A stretch of 64,000 bases of DNA from Candidatus Anderseniibacteriota bacterium (GCA_021414205.1 JAIOOW010000002.1:18692-82691), one strand, 5' to 3'; shown: positions 38,390-48,786, counted from the stretch's first letter. Translations and numbers: made by a program. Notes: a model not told the origin generated them from the sequence alone.

Positions 38390-40095
38390 TTCAGTTGGCG
38401 TTTTTTTGGCCACCATAACATACCTCCCACTAGGCAACCAATCAAAGAAATAACCACTCCCCAATACACCGTATTGGGATTGTACCTCAACGTAATATCA
38501 TGTATTCCAACTGCGACAGGGATAGCAATAACGCCATGGTAATTTTCAACTGCACCCCCTGAACTTGCTGTCCACCCAGGGTAATAATTCTGATTTATAA
38601 TAACCCGTGTCGCTGACTGAATATTCGCATGAATACTATATTCACTTCTGGCATTCATGCTATATGAAATAGTTCCGGCATTTGCATCATCCGCGTATAC
38701 TTCTCCGCGAGAAATATATCTCGGATCCGTTTCATCAATTGCCCGAGAATACGGCCCCATCTGGTAGAACCTGCACACATCATTCGTTCCCCTATTTTCC
38801 AAATAATCTATATAGACTGCGCGATAATACGCTTCATCACCAGAAGTATATGCATGACTTACTCTCCGAAACGTTGTTTCAGTGTGCATTTCCGGAAGAG
38901 GAACAGTAAATGTTCTAGAGAAGAGTGTTGCGTCGTTTGAAACAAGATCTAATGTAATGACAAAAATTATCAACGATTTTATTCCAATCTTAATTCGAGA
39001 TGAAGATATAGTATCAATCGTATACCCAGCAACAAGCGCAATTCCAAATACACTAAACAACAACACCCTGCTAGGCATACGGAATAAGTCAAATATGTGG
39101 CTTATAAATCCATGAGTAATAGGCAACGGAAGAAAAGCAATAATAGCCATCACGATACTTGCAACCAAGAACGATCTATATTCCTGCCATATCTTTTTAC
39201 GAAGCATGAAAGCGCCAAATAAAGTCAGAACGCCCGCCACAACCCCGATATATGCATCAAATTCTCCCCATCGAATTGTTTGCCCTGCGCTTATAACAGG
39301 CCCTAACAAGCCCCTTCCAAAAAGTATCTCAGGAAGCATTGTGAGTGCTGGCGCAAATCCTTCCCGAGAACTTATTGCCGTAAGGAGAGAAAGCGCCGGG
39401 AGAAGCTTTGCGGCAGATAGAATTATGAAAAATATACCCATCGCCATCCAAATTGCGACGCGTCGGAAAAACTTGTTTTTAACAATGGGGAATGCATACA
39501 TGATTCCCATAAACAACATGCTATATACGGCCAAATGCATACTTCCAGCACCGAACATGAACGCCAGCATTAATCCAGCAAGAGGAATGAATTTCAAATT
39601 TTTCAACGCCAACATCGCGAATAATAAAAACCACGGGACATACGCGCTCGCAACCCACACATAATACCCTTCTGCCAAATGCGCTGACACATATCCGCTA
39701 AACGCTAAAATGATTGCAAATAACACAGCCCCTGCAATCTTGAATTTTAAAATGATTCGAGCAAATACATAAAAGCCTATAAACGAACTGAGGAGTACGA
39801 GTGTATACGCTATCTTCATCGCCAATACCTCAGAAAACGGAATGGTCAGAAAAAATATCGGGTGCAGAAACCACGATTCCAAGTCTCCAATAAGCGGCAT
39901 GCCTCCGCAAACGTATTGATTCCAAGCAGGCAAATGGCCGCTGAGTATATCTCGCTTCGCAATTGCGTTATATATAAGGCCCCTGTTTACGTCCCCGTGA
40001 TTACTTATATAGTTCGGGTGATCATACAACGAAGCTGTTGCGATTCCCGCAAGCAACAGCCCTACGAATGAAATAACTACAAATTCTTTGCGCAT
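38386..40095 (-). CDS. YfhO-like polytopic membrane glycosyltransferase candidate.
   Basis: N-terminal HLPAWNQYVCGGMPLIGD, which matches the YfhO N-terminal loop motif, and C-terminal NYYPGWTASSGGAVENYHGVIAIPVAVGIHDITLRY + TM. Confidence 0.55.
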   Translation of the reverse strand: MRKEFVVISFVGLLLAGIATASLYDHPNYISNHGDVNRGLIYNAIAKRDILSGHLPAWNQYVCGGMPLIGDLESWFLHPIFFLTIPFSEVLAMKIAYTLVLLSSFIGFYVFARIILKFKIAGAVLFAIILAFSGYVSAHLAEGYYVWVASAYVPWFLLFAMLALKNLKFIPLAGLMLAFMFGAGSMHLAVYSMLFMGIMYAFPIVKNKFFRRVAIWMAMGIFFIILSAAKLLPALSLLTAISSREGFAPALTMLPEILFGRGLLGPVISAGQTIRWGEFDAYIGVVAGVLTLFGAFMLRKKIWQEYRSFLVASIVMAIIAFLPLPITHGFISHIFDLFRMPSRVLLFSVFGIALVAGYTIDTISSSRIKIGIKSLIIFVITLDLVSNDATLFSRTFTVPLPEMHTETTFRRVSHAYTSGDEAYYRAVYIDYLENRGTNDVCRFYQMGPYSRAIDETDPRYISRGEVYADDANAGTISYSMNARSEYSIHANIQSATRVIINQNYYPGWTASSGGAVENYHGVIAIPVAVGIHDITLRYNPNTVYWGVVISLIGCLVGGMLWWPKKRQLN

Positions 40096-40691
40096 AGAAT
40101 TATCAATACGATTATTCCGATTATTGGCACTACAGATGACTTTAACATTGCAAGAACATGATTCTTCTGCGGATCATGGTACAGCGTCAGCGCAATGTTC
40201 CCATGTCGAGTATCAAGTACTTTCCACTGACTGCCTTGTAACGCATATTGCGTAACCGTTCCAGATAAATTCGCATATTTTCCAAATGCAGTAGCAAGGG
40301 CAATATCTCTAGTCTTTTCTATTCCAGAAAATACAAATTCAAGCGTAATATCCCCAGAAATTCCCGAACCAGGCAACGCAAATATAACATCTGAAGAAAT
40401 ATACTGATCCTGCTGCGTAATAACCTTGCTATCTTTAAGAACAGTGAGATGAATTATTCCGGATTCGCTAGGCTGTCCAATATACACTGGCAATTCTATG
40501 CTATTTGCAGATTGCTCTAACGTAATCTCCTGGTCTATCTTCGTATCATTCGTAACTGCAATACTCTTACTTACCCCATTCGCGGGCAAATCGAGAATAA
40601 GTTGTTTCGTATTATTTGCAGGCAAGTACCAGGCGTATAGAAATACGAATACTATCAAAACAACGAAAAATACATACCACGCACTACGCAT
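40077..40691 (-). CDS. Membrane-anchored hypothetical protein (N-terminal TM plus an extracytoplasmic beta-rich domain).
   Basis: 204 aa. Its 3' end overlaps the start of the YfhO-like gene. Similar architecture to 35334..36026. Confidence 0.35.
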   Translation of the reverse strand: MRSAWYVFFVVLIVFVFLYAWYLPANNTKQLILDLPANGVSKSIAVTNDTKIDQEITLEQSANSIELPVYIGQPSESGIIHLTVLKDSKVITQQDQYISSDVIFALPGSGISGDITLEFVFSGIEKTRDIALATAFGKYANLSGTVTQYALQGSQWKVLDTRHGNIALTLYHDPQKNHVLAMLKSSVVPIIGIIVLIILCAKNL

Positions 40692-40707
40692 GGTTGTAGT
40701 ATGCCTC

Positions 40708-41061
40708 TTAACTCTCTTGCTTCAAAAGGTTGTTAATGGAATCAAGAACAGGCTGTCTCTGGTCCTGCAGGTTATATATGTCCTGCAATCGATCCGGATA
40801 AGTCGGCTGTTTATGGTTATATAACGAATCTTCCGAATATAATAAGTCGTTCGTAGAGCCAATAATCTGCGCATCGTAGTTCACGATTGTCTTTGCTAAT
40901 GCTTGGCACTGCAACAAGCTTGTCTGAGTCTGTATTTCAGAAGGACTTTTTTCGATAGCAACCTGCGTTCTTGGCACGTCTTTATACATAAAATCCACGA
41001 AAAAGACTCCCGCCATAAAGGAGACGAGCACGGGAAATAGAAGATAATATCGATTAGTCAT
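40708..41061 (-). CDS. Small membrane-anchored hypothetical protein.
   Basis: Start taken at MTNRYYLLFPVLV (ATG at 41061). The longer ORF-track version (to 41523) overlaps the divergent GT-C gene and reads through an antisense hydrophobic region. Confidence 0.3.
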   Translation of the reverse strand: MTNRYYLLFPVLVSFMAGVFFVDFMYKDVPRTQVAIEKSPSEIQTQTSLLQCQALAKTIVNYDAQIIGSTNDLLYSEDSLYNHKQPTYPDRLQDIYNLQDQRQPVLDSINNLLKQES

Positions 41062-41119
41062 ATAAAACGTATCATTATTGCCTATATATTCATATTTGTC
41101 AAGTTTTTTGTGGGTAAGT

Positions 41120-43279
41120 ATGCATGCTACTGTAGTATTAATGAGAAACATCAAAAAACAGGCTAAACTAGCGATATTTGCGATTATTGGGCTTTCCGCA
41201 TGCGCCCTATTCAGTATGCGCGCCCAGGAACACCAATTACCCCCTAGAACGCCAGATTCTATCCATAAGCACCAAGTATTCGCCTCGTATCCACTCACAG
41301 AGCAATTCACGGCACTGTCTCGCGGGCTGTCTGCTGTTGGGGTGTATGCAGAATCTTCAAACCCAGAAGCAACCGCCCATGTAGCACTGCGCGATATTGC
41401 CAATGATCGCATTGTTTTGCAGCGAGACGTGCCAGTTAAAAGCTTGGGACACGTACCCATCCCTCGCCAAGCAATGAGCGCGGGGCAACGATACAGTATT
41501 ACTATCAGCGCAGAAGAACTCACGAAGACGCATGCAATAAAAATTGCGTATCAATCGGATGCCACATTAGATCCAACAAGCGTTGTCACTCAAGCAGGAG
41601 TTATAAAACAAGGATCGTTAGGATTAATTGAATATGAACGACCGACTATAGCACTACAATTAACTCGCTGGCTTTTACTCCCCCATCAAAGAGGATTATG
41701 GCTTGGGGTCATGATATGTGCAGCTGCAATTTTTCTCATACGGAAAAATTCCTTCAAAGCCCCGGCCAGCAGAGAGGTCATAGTAACGCGAGATAGAAAA
41801 AAATATGCATACTTTGCGATCATAATTATTGCATCGCTTGTAATATACTGGCCCGCCACGCATTTATTTTTTTATAGTGACGATGTACCCATCCTTGTTC
41901 GAGTCGCCCAGTTGTGGCAGCACAATCCATTATTACTCCTTACTCCTCATAGATATACAGACTCAGATCCAGCATCTCAGTTTGGTTTCGATTTTTACCG
42001 ACCGATAAGCTTTTCACTATACCCCCTTGCACTCCATCTTATTTTTCCACCCAATGCTAGTCTGTATTATTTCTTAAATATTTCACTGTTCTCAGGAATA
42101 GCATGTTGTTTATTTGCGATAGCAAGTCGCATAACCGCATCTCGCCCCGCAAGCTTGCTCGCGGTTGCTCTATGGATGTCTCACAGTTCCAAACTCGGAC
42201 TTTTATACTGGTGGAGTTCTGTACAGGATTTATTGGCTTCATTGTTTGCAATGTTGTCAGTTGTTCTCTATTTCAAATGGAAAGATTCGCGAAATACAAA
42301 AATAGTGTATGCCAGTATCGCTTCGTTTGGCATTGCGTTATTCTCAAAAGAATATGTGATCGTTCTACCAATTGCGCTGGCGGGCATTGAACTTGTATCG
42401 GGTAGTTCTAGAACGAAAGTAAAGCAAATAGTGACAAACATATTGCCATACATACTGATGGCCGGTATTTTCCTCGTCATAAATACCGCAGTACTTGGAG
42501 ACCCAACACTCCCCGAACATAAGCATACAGACAAAACATATGCGCTCTCGGCAAACCCCATAAATATTATTCGAAATATCGTTGTATATACCAGCTTTAC
42601 CGCGGAGCAGCGATTATGGCCCCAATATGCATCTACAAATAATTTGGAATCCTTTTTATCAAATAAACTAGAGCTTTGGAGGCTCAAAACTGCAGGGCCA
42701 TACTACCCGGGAGTGGTTATTATCGGGATAGCGATAGCGAGCATCATTATATATTGGAAGAATAAACAAACGAGAAATATATTGTTGTTGAGCTACACAT
42801 GGTGGATAGTATTTATTGGGCCGTTTCTCCTTTTTACAAGCGATTGGCGTTCTCGGTGGTTGACATTATCTATATTCGGAATAAGCCTGGTCATTGTCAC
42901 TATCTTACAGCGTATTATTCCTAAAAAATTACCTATTAGTTGGTATGCGCTATGCATTATCGTATGTATGTACGGATTTATCACAGCGCGAAACCCGGAG
43001 CTTACCCGATTTTTCCGCGAACAATCTGCATATACACAATATGCATATCAACAATTACTTCATGAAGAAATAAATACGCCGCAAGAAAAAAGGATTATTC
43101 TTATAGGCATCGTCCCTGATCAAGAAACGAGCTTAAACGCATATCTATTTAGACTGTATGCAAAAAATCCGAACGCAGATATTATATATGCAGCAACAAT
43201 GCCTGAAAAAAAAGAGCAGGGTGATGTTATTATTAATATGACGGGTATAGTTCCGTATTATCCAGAAAGCGAAAAATAA
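41120..43279 (+). CDS. GT-C-like polytopic membrane protein with an N-terminal anchored periplasmic domain.
   Basis: The TM anchor is followed by a roughly 170-aa soluble domain and then a multi-TM core with FFYSDDVPIL (acidic first-loop motif). The soluble domain is paralogous to that of 50225..52429. Confidence 0.45.
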   Translation: MHATVVLMRNIKKQAKLAIFAIIGLSACALFSMRAQEHQLPPRTPDSIHKHQVFASYPLTEQFTALSRGLSAVGVYAESSNPEATAHVALRDIANDRIVLQRDVPVKSLGHVPIPRQAMSAGQRYSITISAEELTKTHAIKIAYQSDATLDPTSVVTQAGVIKQGSLGLIEYERPTIALQLTRWLLLPHQRGLWLGVMICAAAIFLIRKNSFKAPASREVIVTRDRKKYAYFAIIIIASLVIYWPATHLFFYSDDVPILVRVAQLWQHNPLLLLTPHRYTDSDPASQFGFDFYRPISFSLYPLALHLIFPPNASLYYFLNISLFSGIACCLFAIASRITASRPASLLAVALWMSHSSKLGLLYWWSSVQDLLASLFAMLSVVLYFKWKDSRNTKIVYASIASFGIALFSKEYVIVLPIALAGIELVSGSSRTKVKQIVTNILPYILMAGIFLVINTAVLGDPTLPEHKHTDKTYALSANPINIIRNIVVYTSFTAEQRLWPQYASTNNLESFLSNKLELWRLKTAGPYYPGVVIIGIAIASIIIYWKNKQTRNILLLSYTWWIVFIGPFLLFTSDWRSRWLTLSIFGISLVIVTILQRIIPKKLPISWYALCIIVCMYGFITARNPELTRFFREQSAYTQYAYQQLLHEEINTPQEKRIILIGIVPDQETSLNAYLFRLYAKNPNADIIYAATMPEKKEQGDVIINMTGIVPYYPESEK

Positions 43280-43283
43280 CCTA

Positions 43284-46061
43284 ATGACTATCAAGCCTCA
43301 ATTTATCGGAATCGGACTCGTACTTATCACCTGGCTGACATTTTTCAGCCCTATTATTTCCGGTCAACAAATGTATTTCTTAGATGATTTAAAAATCATC
43401 TACTACCCCATCGAAACAATCTACGCGCAGTTTCAGCACCACTGGCAATTGCCGCTATGGAGCAATGAGTTCGGATTCGGCCAGCCTCTTTTGGAGTGGG
43501 GGCAATTAGGATTTTTCACACCCGTACACGTACTGCTCAGAGCTTTATACGTCCCGCCTTTAATACTTCTTCAAGCATCTGTGGTTATTTATTTCTTAAT
43601 CGGCAGCGTAAGCATGTACGCATACTTGCGCAGAAGATTATTTCACCCTGCAGCAGCTAGCCTAGGAGCAATTTTGTTTGCGTATTGCGGGTTCATGATT
43701 GGCCACTTGAACCATGTGAATTTTTATACCAGCACTATGCTGTTGCCATTACTGCTTATTACCATAGATATTTTTCTTGCCAAAGCCACGCTTAAAAATT
43801 CAGCAACTATTGCCATTACTGCAGCTGCTGTTGCAATGAGCGGACAGCCGCAAGTTGTGGCCTACGTCTTTTTCATAGCAGGGGTTATCGGTCTCACAAC
43901 ATTTATTCCAACTATCAAACATAATATAAAAGGAGCTGGTAAAAAAATTGCACTTACTATTTTTGCTGGAATTTTAGGCTTCTGCCTTTCCGCTTTAGCA
44001 ATTCTGCCGTTGCAAGAATTCGTGCCGGAAACAGAACGCGCTGGCGGATTGCCGTATACTGAACTGTTTGAATTCAGTTACCCGCCATACGAAACAATTA
44101 CGCTGCTATTTCCATACTTCTTTGGCGATCATGACCACTATAACGGCCCGAAGGGCTTCCAGGAGCTTGCAGCATATACAGGAATTATTCCTATCATGCT
44201 TGCCGGAATTGCCCTAACATCGTGGAAGAAAAGAAAGGTTGAACGAATCGCAGGCATTATATTAGTTATCACTGGTATAGCGCTCGTGTTGGGCCAATAC
44301 TCGTTCATATATCACTACTTAGTAGACAATCACTATATTCAAACCGTAGGGGTTGTTGGCAGATTCGTCTTCTTCTTTGATATAGGAATACTCCTCCTTG
44401 CCGTTGCCGGACTGCAAGACATCATAGAACAAGTATCAGGAACCGCATTATCAAAAACACTGCGAATTGCCGTGGGAATTATTACCCCAGTACTTTTAAT
44501 AGCTGCGCCATTCTGGATGTATGCAACGCAGGACGCGAACGCGTTTCCTCATCTTCAAGAACTAGCATCCTTACACCACATCACCATCTGGCTCATCATT
44601 ACTGGCATTACTACAGTAATCGCATCATTTTTTTCAAGAAAAATACTTTGGGCTATCCCGGTCGTTGCAGCAGTCACGTTACTTGCCTACGGATGGAATT
44701 ACAATCCTAGAGTTTCGACCCACGAGGCGCTCAGCACTTCTCCGTTCATAGCAGACCTCTCTCAATTCAAAATAGCAACTGGCCTGCCCGCTCGATTATA
44801 TGCGGCGGAACACCTTCCCGTTACAGGAAACCCTCATGTAAAAATTACGCTCTCGGATTATATCTCTCCGAAGTTTTCAGTGTTTCAACCTCTTCAAGTA
44901 TTGCGACCTAACTTGTCCTGCTTAGTAGTGCCTATCCAATCCGACTCTGCTCAGGTAACGCATCTTACGGTAATGCTTCGATCCGGCTTCGACGGAACAA
45001 TTTGGTATCAAACAAGCATTTCTTCAGAAGATGCATTTAAAAATACGGACCAAACAATCTGCTTCCCGCAGATACCGCAAAGCGATCAGCAAAACCTCAT
45101 GCTTTCCTTTACCAGCGACGAAACTACTAATATGAAGGTGTTTGTAAGCCCGAGCATTAACAGCCAATCAAACGTATACTTTATGAGAGTACAGAAGCCC
45201 TCACCGCGGCAAATTACAGAATCCAAAAAGCCGCTTAGCGTTCAATACACTGCTCAATATCCGCTTAAAAATGACTTGGAAAACTCATTGCTTGTGCGCA
45301 ACATGCAAGCGCTTGCAGGGGCTTCAAGTGCGCGCTGGATTGGAGCATTATCGATTAGGCCATATCGCGCATTCGTAGACGGATTCTTTGCAAACGACTC
45401 CGACGCATTCGATGGAGATGGTATTCACGCCCTAACGCGCAACAGATCGCTCGTAAACTTAGTAGGCATTACGCACTTTACGCAATCGCTTGATTATGGA
45501 CAAACAAACGACCCAATGGTTGATGCTGGATACAAAGTTGTCGATACGGCTGACACAGGGGATAATAACGTTCGACTGTACGAGAATACAAATGCATACC
45601 CTAAAGCATTTATGGTTCCTCATGCACAATTTATAGCAGCCGACGACGACACAAGAGCACTAATGCGAGACCCAAAGCTCGATCCTAAATCTCTTGTATA
45701 CATTTCCGCACCAACGCCTCCAGATCTGACAGATAATCAGCCAAATATTACCATGCAAGCATCTGCAACTATTACCAAATACTCAGAAACGCGCGTGGAT
45801 GTACATGTAGACACAAATAAAACGGCATATCTCGTACTCAATGACGCTACTCTTCCGCAATGGCAAACATACATCGACGATAAACCAGCCCCTCAGATGA
45901 AAGCGGATACTATGTTCAAGGCAGCCCAAGTACCTGCAGGATCGCACGTTGTATCGTTTAGATACTCATCACCTGCTACGAAGAAAGCGGAAATACTTAC
46001 CATAATAGGCATCGTTATCTGTATTGCGATCTACTCTAGCGGATTGGTGCGAAAAAAATAA
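43284..46061 (+). CDS. YfhO-like polytopic membrane glycosyltransferase candidate (925 aa) with a large C-terminal extracytoplasmic region.
   Basis: N-terminal QLPLWSNEFGFGQPL and C-terminal LNDATLPQWQTYIDDKPAPQ...AAQVPAGSHVVSFRY + TM. Confidence 0.55.
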   Translation: MTIKPQFIGIGLVLITWLTFFSPIISGQQMYFLDDLKIIYYPIETIYAQFQHHWQLPLWSNEFGFGQPLLEWGQLGFFTPVHVLLRALYVPPLILLQASVVIYFLIGSVSMYAYLRRRLFHPAAASLGAILFAYCGFMIGHLNHVNFYTSTMLLPLLLITIDIFLAKATLKNSATIAITAAAVAMSGQPQVVAYVFFIAGVIGLTTFIPTIKHNIKGAGKKIALTIFAGILGFCLSALAILPLQEFVPETERAGGLPYTELFEFSYPPYETITLLFPYFFGDHDHYNGPKGFQELAAYTGIIPIMLAGIALTSWKKRKVERIAGIILVITGIALVLGQYSFIYHYLVDNHYIQTVGVVGRFVFFFDIGILLLAVAGLQDIIEQVSGTALSKTLRIAVGIITPVLLIAAPFWMYATQDANAFPHLQELASLHHITIWLIITGITTVIASFFSRKILWAIPVVAAVTLLAYGWNYNPRVSTHEALSTSPFIADLSQFKIATGLPARLYAAEHLPVTGNPHVKITLSDYISPKFSVFQPLQVLRPNLSCLVVPIQSDSAQVTHLTVMLRSGFDGTIWYQTSISSEDAFKNTDQTICFPQIPQSDQQNLMLSFTSDETTNMKVFVSPSINSQSNVYFMRVQKPSPRQITESKKPLSVQYTAQYPLKNDLENSLLVRNMQALAGASSARWIGALSIRPYRAFVDGFFANDSDAFDGDGIHALTRNRSLVNLVGITHFTQSLDYGQTNDPMVDAGYKVVDTADTGDNNVRLYENTNAYPKAFMVPHAQFIAADDDTRALMRDPKLDPKSLVYISAPTPPDLTDNQPNITMQASATITKYSETRVDVHVDTNKTAYLVLNDATLPQWQTYIDDKPAPQMKADTMFKAAQVPAGSHVVSFRYSSPATKKAEILTIIGIVICIAIYSSGLVRKK

Positions 46062-46064
46062 TAC

Positions 46065-48173
46065 TTATTTCAGCAATTTCTCCTCTAGTTCTGTAGAAAT
46101 TTTATCCTGAGTATCGTGGTAAAGCAGCTGAACAGCCATTGTTCCTGTTTTCTGCTTCGCTTCAAGCGGATTACCTGTTCGAGAAATATAAATCGGCGTT
46201 GTACGAATATCTGCTTGAGAATATCTAATAGAAGGGTACGGGTCTGTGGTTCCAGCCCCTCGAATACTTACAAATAGATGATCGCCTTTTGCAACCTGTA
46301 CAGAATCCGGAAATAGCACTTGCTCCCATTGCGTATCTTTTACGTCGGTAACTGAAATATTTTTCGTAAATAATGCGGGGCCGTTCAGAGTCTTCGAAAC
46401 ACTCATGACAAACGAACCGGTATCGGACTTTCCAAAATGAGTCGCTGGCAAAAATTGGAAGCCTGCGAGGTTATTATGATCCACGTTTACTTCCTGTATA
46501 CCAATCGTACTTGCATCAAGATTTCCAAGCGTGCTGGTATAGCTCGGCTTCGCATACACCCATGCATATTCTTTCCCCGCAACTTTTACAACGTATACCG
46601 GGATTTGCTTCTTATAATATTCATCAATGAAATCATTAGAGTAATAACTTGGCGCTCGTCCAAACATATTCTGGTACAGAACAATAAATTGCACAGGATT
46701 CTGCGTGTGAGCATTAATATGCAGCACCGTAGCAGACGTGAATGTCCCTAACTCTTCCGGATACCACGAAACCACAACTGCATCAGGATGGTTTGCATTC
46801 AACCAGGCAGCAACTTGATCGAGCCCCTCTCCCCATCCTAATTCCTGACTCAAATTATCCCTAAAAAACGGATTACTATAAGCGATTTCGTACGGATGGT
46901 AGGAAATGATGACAGTGGCAAGGTAAACAACACAGATGAAAGCAGCTATCTTGTCATTCCCGCGAAGGCGAGAATCCAGACGTGGGTTCCGGATCAGGTC
47001 CGGGATAACAGACGCTATCCACATAACTCCATATGCAGCTAGTATGTCTAATGCGAAAAATGCCGCTAACACATAGCGATCCCCCTTCTTTGCGCCCAGC
47101 GTCATCATAATCGTGAATCCGATAAGATATACAGCTATTAATAGCATTTCTTTCGGCATTTTCTTTTTTGACACCAAAACAATCACCCCAGCAAGCCCTA
47201 TGATTCCGAAGACGAGCGTTACTGGATTCGATCGGTCAAGCAACGCATATGGATAATGCATTGGATCAAGATTGTAATCTTCCTCAGAATCGTGCGGAGT
47301 AACCACGGCATCTGAAATATCACGCTTCAACTCCAATACATTCCCAGAAGGATTTGGCACCCATAACAATGCAGGCCAAATAAGAAGCGTAATAACTACG
47401 CCCATCAGCACCCACGTAACAGCATCTCGAATTCTATCGCGTAAAAATGGCCACGAAATCATCTTTTTCGGATGATATACAGCTAACGCAACAATAATGA
47501 ATGGCAAAATAAATATGGCAGGTATTTTCGTAAGAATCGCCAGCACGGAAAGCACGGCGCTTGCGATAAGCCACGGGCGAGTAAGGTAGCGCGCATAGAG
47601 CATGCTCGCCAGCACAGCAAGCGTTAAAAAGCCACCCATAAGCACGTCTACGTGGACCACTCTCGAGTATCCAATAATAAACGGATCAAGTGTAATAAAG
47701 AGTGTCGCCAAAACAGCAAGAAAACGATTCCTTAGAATGAGTAGCAACAATACAAAGATTGCCGGGATTGCCAGCGAGTTTAATAATGCGATAGAAAATT
47801 GGGTAATTTTCACAAAATAGATTAAATTCGTATCCGCAAATTGAACATGGGAAACGGCTGACTTAAACATGACGGCAAGGCCAGATGCCCACAGCGTCGT
47901 AACGCCTGGATGAGTCGTCTGCAACATGTCGTTAAACCGCAAATCATGAAATGCGCGTACGAATTCATACGACCTGCCTATCCAATTTTTTTCATCTGCG
48001 GTTAAAAACGTTCCCAAACCCAATACTCTCGGCAAAAAAGCAATAAGAAACAATCCGACTGCCAAATATGCGTCTATTTTATGCCGTTTTAACAACGCTA
48101 AAATCATGCAAAAAGTGTACCATAAAAAAAAGAAGCTCCTGCAAGCTGGAACTTTCCATGCTTGCAGGAGCAT
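46065..48173 (-). CDS. GT-C-fold glycosyltransferase, PMT/ArnT (GT39/GT83)-like, with a roughly 300-aa C-terminal periplasmic domain.
   Basis: GTFLTADEKNWIGRSYEF (DE motif in loop 1), HPGVTTLW, and around 11 TM helices. Carries the in-frame GC-rich palindromic insertion at 46954..47005. Confidence 0.6.
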   Translation of the reverse strand: MLLQAWKVPACRSFFFLWYTFCMILALLKRHKIDAYLAVGLFLIAFLPRVLGLGTFLTADEKNWIGRSYEFVRAFHDLRFNDMLQTTHPGVTTLWASGLAVMFKSAVSHVQFADTNLIYFVKITQFSIALLNSLAIPAIFVLLLLILRNRFLAVLATLFITLDPFIIGYSRVVHVDVLMGGFLTLAVLASMLYARYLTRPWLIASAVLSVLAILTKIPAIFILPFIIVALAVYHPKKMISWPFLRDRIRDAVTWVLMGVVITLLIWPALLWVPNPSGNVLELKRDISDAVVTPHDSEEDYNLDPMHYPYALLDRSNPVTLVFGIIGLAGVIVLVSKKKMPKEMLLIAVYLIGFTIMMTLGAKKGDRYVLAAFFALDILAAYGVMWIASVIPDLIRNPRLDSRLRGNDKIAAFICVVYLATVIISYHPYEIAYSNPFFRDNLSQELGWGEGLDQVAAWLNANHPDAVVVSWYPEELGTFTSATVLHINAHTQNPVQFIVLYQNMFGRAPSYYSNDFIDEYYKKQIPVYVVKVAGKEYAWVYAKPSYTSTLGNLDASTIGIQEVNVDHNNLAGFQFLPATHFGKSDTGSFVMSVSKTLNGPALFTKNISVTDVKDTQWEQVLFPDSVQVAKGDHLFVSIRGAGTTDPYPSIRYSQADIRTTPIYISRTGNPLEAKQKTGTMAVQLLYHDTQDKISTELEEKLLK
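46954..47005. repeat. GC-rich imperfect palindromic element (dRS3/REP-like architecture) inserted in-frame in the GT-C gene.
   Basis: The plus strand reads gtcATTCCCgcgaaggcGAGAATcc...ccggatcaggtccgg, in the ATTCCC-N8-G(A/G)GAAT form plus a CCGG-N7-CCGG palindrome. It encodes the hydrophilic insert IPDLIRNPRLDSRLRGND between hydrophobic helices. Local GC is far above the gene average. Confidence 0.35.
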
Positions 48174-48192
48174 ATTAACGCAACATCAACTG

Positions 48193-48681
48193 CTAGATGT
48201 AAAACAACGCGCCGAATCGTTGATCAGGAACCCTGCTCGTAGGGTCATGATGAGTAAACAAGTGCGCCATGCGTCGCAATTCATCCTCAGCATCCACCAA
48301 GGAGATAGCTCCTTGTCGACTCAAAAAAACAATTCGATTATCGACCGCAACTCCCGAGCATACTCCAAGTGCAATAAACAATTCATTCTGCATTAATGGG
48401 CACAGCAATTCCCAGGGAGCTGGCTTCAAGCGTTGCATATTCGTACGAGCCCGCAGTTCGCCCCAAGAGTTAAAATCCCCCATCACCTGAACCAGGGAGT
48501 AATCCCCCGATTTCATCGTGATTTTAGGAATACGACCGAGTGTATCGCCCCCAAAAAAATGCACTCCTTGCCACTGTGCAATATATTCTTCAATACTACT
48601 CGGATCAGCCGGTACCTCAATTCTAACCCTCCCCAAGCTCATTACCGCAACATCAGAATTCTGAAGCACTGCGCTCGACAT
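48193..48681 (-). CDS. Hypothetical soluble protein (162 aa) with weak E-set/CBM48-like resemblance.
   Basis: The segment SLVQVMGDFNSWGE loosely recalls the GDFNNW motif of CBM48/AMPK-beta glycan-binding modules. Noticeably higher GC than its neighbours. Has its own candidate promoter. Confidence 0.3.
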   Translation of the reverse strand: MSSAVLQNSDVAVMSLGRVRIEVPADPSSIEEYIAQWQGVHFFGGDTLGRIPKITMKSGDYSLVQVMGDFNSWGELRARTNMQRLKPAPWELLCPLMQNELFIALGVCSGVAVDNRIVFLSRQGAISLVDAEDELRRMAHLFTHHDPTSRVPDQRFGALFYI

Positions 48682-48740
48682 TCTATCTAGCTCCTTCCTT
48701 CGTTTTTAAAACAGCTGCCACCAAACCAATCGTGCTAGCT

Positions 48741-48782
48741 AGCATACTGATACGGCATGCAAAGTGTCAATAGTTTTTGACA
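48741..48782 (-). promoter_or_regulatory. Candidate sigma70-type promoter/operator for the 48193..48681 gene.
   Basis: The minus strand reads TTGACA-N18-TATGCT about 50 nt upstream of the ATG. The -35 box is part of a perfect 6-bp inverted repeat (tgtcaa-N6-ttgaca on the plus strand, 48765..48782) that could be an operator. Confidence 0.25.
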
Positions 48783-48786
48783 GTTT

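Noticed and set aside
40708-41523. The long form (271 aa) of the minus-strand ORF upstream of the YfhO block.
   Set aside because: Its N-terminal 150 residues are antisense to the start of the 41120..43279 GT-C gene and look like hydrophobic antisense noise. Only the MTNRYY-initiated 117-aa form was kept, and even that is tentative.
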